NCBI RefSeq assembly: GCF_000372725.1
Contig: NW_005201192.1
Span: forward strand, 729,597 to 749,596
Length of the DNA: 20,000 nt
From: Emiliania huxleyi CCMP1516
Taxonomy: Eukaryota
Direction: 5' to 3'
In this document: piece after piece, positions 8,848 to 16,899 of the stretch
Numbering within the stretch: position 1 is the first letter of the stretch
Layout: every line of letters begins with the position of its first letter
Program-made: the position numbers and the translations under genes
The notes under the pieces: generated by a model
Databases searched by the model: none
Told to the model about the DNA's origin: nothing
The model's input: the letters and a program-made list of their open reading frames with translations, nothing else

Positions 8848-9708
8848 ATGAACGACCATTATAATGCACCAAAAGTTGTTGTTGTTGTTGTTATAATGCA
8901 CCACGAGGAGCATGGTCGCAAGCCTCGCAGGCAGGCGCCGCCGTGTAGACAGACCGCGGTGGTTCCAAAGCGGCATTGGAGCAAGCTCTTTCGCGTGATG
9001 TTCCATGTCGGTCTCGAGCACACCGGCCATCACCTCTGGGGAGCGGTGCGGCAGCTCGCGTGCGATTTTGCAAAGTGGCATACAAGTAATGTGTCGGGTC
9101 CGCACTTTCCACTAAACATCCCTTGGAACGTGTCGTGCGCATCACCTGCGCAGCAGCAGGCGATGCTCAGCCAGCTGCAGAGCTTTGTCACAGCACTCAG
9201 CACTGCGACATCGTTCCAGTTAGCGTGCCCTGCTGGCTGCTCCTACCCGTGCGGGCCGCTCAGCGAGTATGGCAATCCTGACGTCGTCGCGTTGGCGAAT
9301 GCCAGCACCGCGATCGGGCTCGACCTGCGCATCGTGGTGACCACCCGCGCTACCGAGTATGTGGTCTACGAGTTCAGCGACGCTCGGCTTGACTGGCTTA
9401 CCAGCGCATGCGCGCGGATGGTAGCGCAGCTCGAGCAGCTCGACCCGGCGTTCATCATATGCATGGACTACAGCGCAGACTTTCGCCGCAACGACTCTCT
9501 CGCGCGCGTATCCCACTTCCTGAGACGAGACATCAGCAATGCGGTGCGGTCGACTTTCCGGACGAGCACCAAGCACTCGAGCACGGCCCACGCACAGCCT
9601 GAGGCCTCCTCTTCATCGGTACGGGCCAAGTTTCGCCAGCTTCAGGCATGCACTCAGCACGTTGCGGATTTGTGTACGCGTCACACGAGAGTCGCAGGAG
9701 ACGCATGA
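8848..9708 (+). CDS. Hypothetical P-loop sulfotransferase-like protein (start at 8848 or 8896)
   Basis: 286-aa open frame. VMFHVGLEHTGHHLW resembles a 5'-PAPS-binding loop, DLRIVVTTR resembles the 3'-phosphate-binding strand, and MDY...LARVSHFL resembles the YE(D)...l..fL segment of sulfotransferases. Assigned by motif resemblance only. Confidence 0.6.
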   Translation: MNDHYNAPKVVVVVVIMHHEEHGRKPRRQAPPCRQTAVVPKRHWSKLFRVMFHVGLEHTGHHLWGAVRQLACDFAKWHTSNVSGPHFPLNIPWNVSCASPAQQQAMLSQLQSFVTALSTATSFQLACPAGCSYPCGPLSEYGNPDVVALANASTAIGLDLRIVVTTRATEYVVYEFSDARLDWLTSACARMVAQLEQLDPAFIICMDYSADFRRNDSLARVSHFLRRDISNAVRSTFRTSTKHSSTAHAQPEASSSSVRAKFRQLQACTQHVADLCTRHTRVAGDA

Positions 9709-10333
9709 GGAGACGGCAGGCGATCTTGGTCAGCTTTAGCCGTGTCGTGTACGTAGCGACTGACGGAAATTCGGAAAACTCCATACGATAAGATCGAGCG
9801 CCAGCCGCCACCAAAATCACGCTTAGCGGAGGTGATTGGTGGCGCTCGATCTTACCCTGGTGAGGCGGTAGCGCCTGAACATGTACATGTATTACACTTG
9901 CCAGGCGCGAAACACCGAACTCACTGCACACTGCAGCAGTGGCCAGTGCCGGCTGCCGCACAGCGCTTCACCCCAAAGCCAAACGTGAAAGACGAAAACG
10001 AAAATCAGTAGCCGGATTCCAGATAGACCCTCTGACAGACCTCTGATGTGTGACAAACCCTCTCGCCTCTGTGGCCCCTTCGACTTCTGGTGGCCCCTTC
10101 GACCTCTGGCGCGTGGCGGCCCCTCCGACCTCTGGCTCTGCGGCTCTGGTGCGCCCGATATGCCCCCCGCCTATCCCCGGGCAGCGCCGCCTACAAGTAC
10201 AAACTTAAACTGTTATACCCGATTAGAGAAATCGCTAAACCCAGATCGTGACGGGAGGAGTCGTAAAAGTGCGCTTAGAAACTCGCTAAACCCTCACACC
10301 GTCGGCCGAGCTCGAGACACGCATGCCCAACCT

Positions 10334-11106
10334 GTGGCTGCCTCGCGCTCGTCCTGAGCGTCCATGGTGTCATTCGTTCGCCACGGCAGCGGCAGCTCGG
10401 CGCGGCCGTTGCACTGCGGCCGTAAAAGCTTAAAAAACTCGCTGAAACCTCTTCCGGAGGCCGCTGCGCAGCCGTAAAAGTGCGATTTAGACCGAGTGTT
10501 AGGCCTCTATAAAAGTTTAGTATGTACTTGTTCAAAAAAAAAGGCTTAAATTTTCTTTGAGCAGGCTCTGGTGAAAATCTTCAAACATCCCGGCATACCA
10601 GCTCTGGTGCACCCTGGTTTTTGTCATTCAATCGAATGACACGTTTCGTTGATTGCCCGACACAGTCCACGGACGGACGTGAGGCCCTGAAGCTCCAGCG
10701 GAGTCTTCTCAAAGCTTCCGCGTGGCTGCCTCGCGCTCGTCCTGAGCGTTCATGGTGTCATTCGTTCGCCACGGCAGCGGCAGCTCGGCGCGGCCGTTGC
10801 ACTGCGGCCGTAAAAGCTTAAAAAACTCGCTGAAACCTCTTCGAGGCCGCTGCGCAGCCGTAAAAGTGCGATTTAGACCGAGTGTTAGGCCTCTACCATG
10901 GTATAAAAGTTTAGTACTTGTTAACCCCTTTCCTTCCCCGGGGAAGGCCTTTATACTAAGTAGTAAAAATTTAGTGGTACTTGTTCAAAAAAGAAAGGCT
11001 AAATTTTCTTTGAGCAGGCTCTGGTGAAATTCTTCAACCCGGCATACCAGCTCTGGTGCATGGGGCCTGGTTTTGTCATTCAATCGGGTTTCGTTGATTG
11101 CCCGAC
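10334..11106 (+). repeat. Two-copy direct repeat (10334-10661 and 10722-11106)
   Basis: Near-identical from GTGGCTGCCTCGCGCTCGTCCTGAGCG to GTTTCGTTGATTGCCCGAC. Copy 2 carries an extra ~60 bp, and several small indels distinguish the copies. A further fragment TCTTCAAACATCCCGGCA lies at ~11199. Confidence 0.95.
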
Positions 11107-11564
11107 GTTCCACGGTGATGTGGGGTGTTCAGTGTTTTTTTTTGAGTGTGTGAGTCAAGGCCGCCGCGTGGCCCCGGTTTGCTGGCGGAGCGGGCAATTC
11201 TTCAAACATCCCGGCACCCCTTGCTGCGCAGCAGGGTGTAGTTCGGGCCCACCTCCGCCACGCTGTCCAGCACGTGGACGGCGCTCGCCATCTCGACCGC
11301 GTCGTCCTCCGGCGGAAGCTCCGCGTCGCCCGCGGCCGCTTCCCGAGCGCGCTCGTCGCGCATCCGCTCGTGGTAGGCCTGCCGACGCGCCACGCCGGCG
11401 CCCGTGTGCCTCGCCGCCGCGTCCGGCGACGGCATCGGTGCTGTCCGCACGAGCGTGACTCGCCACTCCACGACGTCCACGATCTCCACGACCGACCGCC
11501 GAAAAGTTCTCCGACGCCGCTGCCCCAAACTAAATCTTTCTACAGTTACATACACAACGCCAGG

Positions 11565-11707
11565 AGGACGCCCACCTTGCCAGAACCTAAAAGGTGGGCG
11601 TCACACAGGTAGAGGCTAGAGGTAGAGCCTGCTAGAGCTGGACCAGCTGTCACACTCACAGGAGACCAGTCGAAAAAGCTCTCTATAACGCTAGAGGACG
11701 CCCACCA
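11565..11707. repeat. GACGCCCACC motif cluster with a 12-bp-arm inverted repeat
   Basis: GACGCCCACCTT-12 nt-AAGGTGGGCGTC at ~11567-11602, and a third GAGGACGCCCACC at ~11694-11706. Confidence 0.7.
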
Positions 11708-13957
11708 AAACGCCTAATAGGTTTAATAATAATGTATAAGGCCCTCGGCGATGCTCAAAAATGGCGCCGGGCCCCGGGCTGGCGGCTGCCAAAACGCGCC
11801 ATGTGCATGTCAGATGTCTCCCGGCTGCGGCCTCGGCGACGGCGTGCTCAGTGAGGCTGTGGGCTGTGGCGTGTGCATGGGCGTGTGGCCTGTGCCGCGT
11901 GCCGCGGACGGCGGTCGGCGCGTTGCAAGCCAGGGATGGGAGAGCGAGAGAGATTTTAGAAAACCAACAAGAAATCACGTCTCTTCTTCTTGAGAGCGAG
12001 ACAGAAAACAAAAAGCCAGCAAAATTTCTCCGACGAGAGGTGTGAAGCGCGCCTTTCGTGGGCGGGTGGCCCGCCCGGCCGTCGGTGAGCACCGGACGCG
12101 GGTCGATCGGCTCCTAGGTAGGTAATGCGATAGTAGCTCACACAGAGGCCGTCATCGCATTCGCCTTCCTGAGACCCAGTGGCAGTGCTGACTTCTGACT
12201 GTCGTCGCTGTCTCTCCCTTCTCGACTGTCTGTGCTCGTGTCTTGGGCCCCACTGTGTGCTTTATGCGGCGGTATATTTTTGGGCTATCTCTCCTCAAAA
12301 ACGATGTCAAGCGCCCGCTCGCAGCCAGCACGCGCCGCGCCCCTGGGCGCTCCCCGCTGCGGCGCGCCGCCCGCGCGCGGGTTGCCCGGGCGAGCGACCG
12401 CCACCGCTCGCCCCTCAGCACCCTCTGCCCGCGCACGGCCGACGCGCAAGCCCGCGGTCGCGCGCGAGCCGTCGCTTTGCGCACGCCGCCGTCTACCCGC
12501 GCTCGCTCGCGAACGAGTCAGACGACCCTATCTTCCGAGTAGCGGAGGTGTGCTTGCACCCCGTTCCCAAGGCACATGCACTTTGGAGGGAGAAAGTAAT
12601 CGCGGCGGGGCCCGCAATCTCACATTTTGCGACTCACCCCCGCAGGCGCGTTCTCGGCGTGCTGCTCCTGAACAGGTTTTGCGGCCGCCCCGAGAGGGGG
12701 AGCGGCCGCTTCTCCGCACCATCGGCCCACGGCATCCTGGGCGGCGTCGGCGCCGCCCCAACGGCCGGCTCGGGCGCTTGCCGCCCCGCCTCGGCTACAC
12801 TTTGCCGCGGCGATCCACCGGTGCGCCGCCGCACCGCGCGCCTCCCCGGAGCCTCTGTACGGCGCGATGAGCCGCCTCGGCTGCCGCCGTGGTTGCGCCG
12901 GCGCCCCTCCCGCACGGCGCGACGCGACCGCAGCCGCGTGCGTGTTCTCACTCACCTCTCCCGCCCGCGCGTCCGCCTCTCAGACCCGCGCCTCCCCTTT
13001 CCCAGGCGCCATCACCGGCACGGCCGCCGCCGCCCGTGCGGCACCCGCGGCACCTCCCGCCCCCCCTGGCGATGCTGGCCGCTACCCCGCCGCCGTAGCT
13101 ACCCTCCCCACCGCTGGTGCACCGCCTCCGCCGCCCCCCTCGGCGCTTCGCCCGTGATTTTGCCGCCTCCTCCTCCACCACCACCCGTCTAAGCTTCCGC
13201 CCGCCTTCTCGCCACCGCCGTCCGCGCCACCTCAGCCGCCCTCCCCGGCGCTGCACCGGCGCAGCAGTGCCGTCGGCGCCGCCGCCCGTGCCGCCTCGGC
13301 CTCTGCGCCTCCAACCTCGCCGCTTCCGCAGCGGTTCCGCCCTCGGCGCCTCCACCTCTCACCCGCCAGGTCGAACTTCCGCCGACGATGGTGCCACCGC
13401 TGCCGCCCCCCCCGCTCGAGCCTCGGCCGCCGCACCCCGCCGTCCGCGCCCCGCCGCCACCCCCTCCGTCACGGCACAAGCCGGCACCACCGCTACCACC
13501 GCTGGCTCCGCCCTAGACGCCGCCGACCGCTCGCAAGAGCGGCGAGCCCGGGGCCGACACCCCTCTGTTAGGTGACGGTCGACGGCTCCTTTCGAGGCTT
13601 TGTGGCCTTTTAAGAGGGCACCAGCAGCTTGGGGGGTGCGCGCTGGATGGCCGGCGCGGTGGAGCAGCGGCGCGGAGCCGGGGGTTCGACGTGCGGCCGT
13701 CGGTGGCGCGACACGCGGCCTCCGGTAGCGATTCGCCGCGGCTCCGGCGGTGCGATTTTTGTGCGTTTTCGAAGGCTGTGGGCGGGATAAGGCCGGCTAG
13801 ACCGGCCCTGGTGTGCCCTAGTGTGTTCCCTTACACCCCTGGCCCGGGCGCAGTAGCGCGGTGCGCGTCCCGAAGGCGTAGGGGCTCAAAAAACAATTGA
13901 TCAAGTTTTCAGCCACTTAGAGCACACAGTGGGGGTTGTGTTTTTGTGTGAGAAGCG

Positions 13958-14109
13958 TGTCTGACTGTCACTCACTGTGCTTGCGTGCGATTTCGGGCCC
14001 GGGGGTTGTGCTTTGTGTGAATAGACCAGCGATAAGGGTTTTGCTCACCTTCCCTGGGACCCCGTGTTGCATGTCTGACTGTCACTGTGCGATTTCGGGG
14101 CCGGGGGTG
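13958..14109 (+). repeat. Short direct repeat (GTCTGACTGTCACT...GCGATTTCGGG.CCGGGGGT)
   Basis: Copies at ~13958-14007 and ~14073-14108. Confidence 0.75.
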
Positions 14110-14166
14110 AAGTTGCATGGCGCCTTGTGAGCAGCGCTAAACCGCCGCATCTGGATCCACAATTAC

Positions 14167-16596
14167 ATGTCTGTGTCTGCTTTTGCCCCGCCGCTCCTGC
14201 CCCCCGCAGATCCGACTGCGAGACCTCCTCTGGCTCCAACAATCGGGGCGCTTCCGCTCGCGCCCCCTCAGCCCTTCACTCCGCCAACCTTTACTCCGCC
14301 ATCCTCGCCGCCACCACCAGCGTATCCGCCGCCCTCGTATCCCCCGCCCTCTCCTCCAGCATCTTCGCCTCTGCCACCTTCGTTTCCGCCAGCGTCACCT
14401 CAGCCGTGGTTCCCACCGCCATTCTCGCCACCACCTTTTCTACCACCCTCACCGCCGTCACCGTCGCCATCGCCGCCGCTCGCACCGCCGACGCCGCCAT
14501 CCTCACCGTCGCTTTCGCCGCCAGCAGTGCCACCACCAACCTCGCCGACGCCGCCTTCAGCGCCGACGCCGCCAGCGATACCTTCACCGGCATCGCCTCC
14601 ACCGGCATCGCCGACGCCGCCTTCGGCACCGACGCCNNNNNNNNNNNNNNNNNNNNNNNNNNNNNNNNNNNNNNNNNNNNNNNNNNNNNNNNNNNNNNNN
14701 NNNNNNNNNNNNNNNNNNNNNNNNNNNNNNNNNNNNNNNNNNNNNNNNNNNNNNNNNNNNNNNNNNNNNNNNNNNNNNNNNNNNNNNNNNNNNNNNNNNN
14801 NNNNNNNNNNNNNNNNNNNNNNNNNNNNNNNNNNNNNNNNNNNNNNNNNNNNNNNNNNNNNNNNNNNNNNNNNNNNNNNNNNNNNNNNNNNNNNNNNNNN
14901 NNNNNNNNNNNNNNNNNNNNNNNNNNNNNNNNNNNNNNNNNNNNNNNNNNNNNNNNNNNNNNNNNNNNNNNNNNNNNNNNNNNNNNNNNNNNNNNNNNNN
15001 NNNNNNNNNNNNNNNNNNNNNNNNNNNNNNNNNNNNNNNNNNNNNNNNNNNNNNNNNNNNNNNNNNNNNNNNNNNNNNNNNNNNNNNNNNNNNNNNNNNN
15101 NNNNNNNNNNNNNNNNNNNNNNNNNNNNNNNNNNNNNNNNNNNNNNNNCGCCGCCGCCGTCACCGCCGCTGTGTGAAGCCGTGCTCGCGGACCAGGGGGA
15201 CGGCTTGGGCCCGCTCATCGACCTGAGCGCCCTGGACCCGCCCGAGTCTTGCCACACGGACCCCGCGCGGTTGTACGACCCTCTGCTCTGCGAGCGAGCA
15301 TACTGGCGCCAGCCCGAGGGCGCGCTGCAGCGCTGCGAGCACGCCTTCGGAGGCGTCGGCGGCCAGGAGCCGACGTGCCTGCTCTCGACTGAGCTCGTCT
15401 TCTGCTCGCCGCCGCCGCCGCCACTCGCTACGCCGGCCGGCTTCTGCGCGCAGCTCGAGCGGATGACTGACTTGCGCTCGCTCTCGCCTCCACAAACCTG
15501 CCACTCCGACGCTACCCGCGCCCAACAGCCGGAGAAGTGCGCGGAGGCCTACGTCACGCAGGGCAACGGGCTTCTTCAGCGGTGTAAGCACGTCGGAGGT
15601 GGGCCGGCCGCCGCCGCCACTTGTGTCATGTCCCGCTTCATGACCCGCTGTGGCCTGCCGCCCACCCCTGACGATCTCTCGCCGCCGCCTGGTCCGACGC
15701 CGCTCTCGATCCCTCCGCCCTCGACCCCGTCCCAGCAGCCGCAGGCACTGCCGCCAATGAGCGAGGCCGCCATTGCCATCGTTATCGTCGCGGGTCTGTT
15801 GTCCTTCGTTGTCTGCCTCTGCCTCGCCGAAATCTGCTTTCTCTCCACACTGCGGAGGCAGCGGGTGTCACCGCAGCCGTGGCTGACCGCCGGGGTGGTG
15901 CGGCGCCGCGGCCGAAAGGGGCGCCGGAGGACGGGGCTGGCGACGCCACGCACTCGGGAGGTCGAGCGCGGCGGCTACGACATGACTCCCGTGCTCGCTG
16001 GCGGCGGCGGGTATGCCCTCGAGCGCCAGGTGGAGATGATGCAGGGAGGCGCATACGACGGCACGCCCCCGCGGCCAGCTCAAGACCCTTGGTATCACTC
16101 CCCCGCTCGGTGCCAATCACCCGGTGAGCCGGCGAGAAGTAACGAGTACATCGAGCGGCTCGGGCGGGCGGCCTCAGCACGCCAGACACCACCCCGTGGC
16201 GCCGCCTCCAGCGCAAGCGGCGGCAGCGGCAGCGGCGGCGTTGTTGGCACGGCGCCCAAGGACATCGAGATGCACATCGAGCGGCTCGAGCGCGCCACCG
16301 CGGACATCCGCGCGAGGCGCACCGCGCACTCCAACATCTCCGACAGTGACCCCTCTCGCACCGGGACCCCGACGAACAGTGGCGCGGGGAACAAGCAACG
16401 CGACACCTTCCAAACGCTGCAGTTGTCGCACTCCAAGACGACCGAGGTGCACATGCATCGCACGGCATACGTCTTGATCATTGTGAATCAGCGCTCTCAG
16501 TCATCGCCGTTGCCATGTACCGTAGGATCCTGGTGCTCGCCAAGCCGGAGGCGGAGCCTCCGACGACTGGTTGTACTAAGCGAGTACTCTATATAG
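14167..16596 (+). CDS. Proline-rich (extensin/pherophorin-like stalk) single-pass membrane protein with two Cys-rich repeats; true 5' end probably in an upstream exon
   Basis: SP/PP-rich tract on both sides of the gap, two aligned 6-Cys modules (15172-15405, 15445-15651), TM segment [26 protein letters not shown] followed by RRQR and a basic tail. A pyrimidine-rich CGCAG acceptor lies at 14205-14209. Frame continuity across the N gap cannot be verified. Confidence 0.75.
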   Translation: MSVSAFAPPLLPPADPTARPPLAPTIGALPLAPPQPFTPPTFTPPSSPPPPAYPPPSYPPPSPPASSPLPPSFPPASPQPWFPPPFSPPPFLPPSPPSPSPSPPLAPPTPPSSPSLSPPAVPPPTSPTPPSAPTPPAIPSPASPPPASPTPPSAPTXXXXXXXXXXXXXXXXXXXXXXXXXXXXXXXXXXXXXXXXXXXXXXXXXXXXXXXXXXXXXXXXXXXXXXXXXXXXXXXXXXXXXXXXXXXXXXXXXXXXXXXXXXXXXXXXXXXXXXXXXXXXXXXXXXXXXXXXXXXXXXXXXXXXXXXXXXXXXXXXXXXXXXXXXXXXPPPSPPLCEAVLADQGDGLGPLIDLSALDPPESCHTDPARLYDPLLCERAYWRQPEGALQRCEHAFGGVGGQEPTCLLSTELVFCSPPPPPLATPAGFCAQLERMTDLRSLSPPQTCHSDATRAQQPEKCAEAYVTQGNGLLQRCKHVGGGPAAAATCVMSRFMTRCGLPPTPDDLSPPPGPTPLSIPPPSTPSQQPQALPPMSEAAIAIVIVAGLLSFVVCLCLAEICFLSTLRRQRVSPQPWLTAGVVRRRGRKGRRRTGLATPRTREVERGGYDMTPVLAGGGGYALERQVEMMQGGAYDGTPPRPAQDPWYHSPARCQSPGEPARSNEYIERLGRAASARQTPPRGAASSASGGSGSGGVVGTAPKDIEMHIERLERATADIRARRTAHSNISDSDPSRTGTPTNSGAGNKQRDTFQTLQLSHSKTTEVHMHRTAYVLIIVNQRSQSSPLPCTVGSWCSPSRRRSLRRLVVLSEYSI
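14637..15148. other. Assembly gap (512 N) inside proline-rich coding repeat
   Basis: Run of N flanked by CCG/TCG-rich coding repeats. Confidence 1.
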
Positions 16597-16899
16597 GGAA
16601 TAGCCAGAGAGGAGATACACCATGGGACACACAAGAAGCTGGACACGAGAGCCGCGGAGAGAGAGCCCCGCCACACTTGTGTGCGCGAGAATACATGCTC
16701 CCTCTCTTCTCTTCGCTATCTATAGCCCGTTCACACGCCGCCCTGTCAGCGTACAGCGACGGTTCAAACAGCGAAAACAGTATACAGATGTGAGATGTGA
16801 GGAGGTGTTTTCACCACCTTTTCTCTTTCTCAAAACACGAAAAAACAAAAACAGTGTCGGGTGTCGCATGTGGAGTGTGAGACCGGGCTTCACCAGGTT

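Noticed and set aside
7623..10202. Shared 12-mer CTACAAGTACAA at ~7622 and ~10191
   Set aside because: Too short, with no flanking similarity, to support a TSD or repeat call.
11561..12117. Complete element with CAGGAG...CTCCTA ends, or a Helitron 3' end (GGGCGGG/CCCGCCC hairpin plus CTAG)
   Set aside because: The TIR match is only 5-6 bp with no TSD. The hairpin is ~40 nt from CTAG and the following base is G rather than T.
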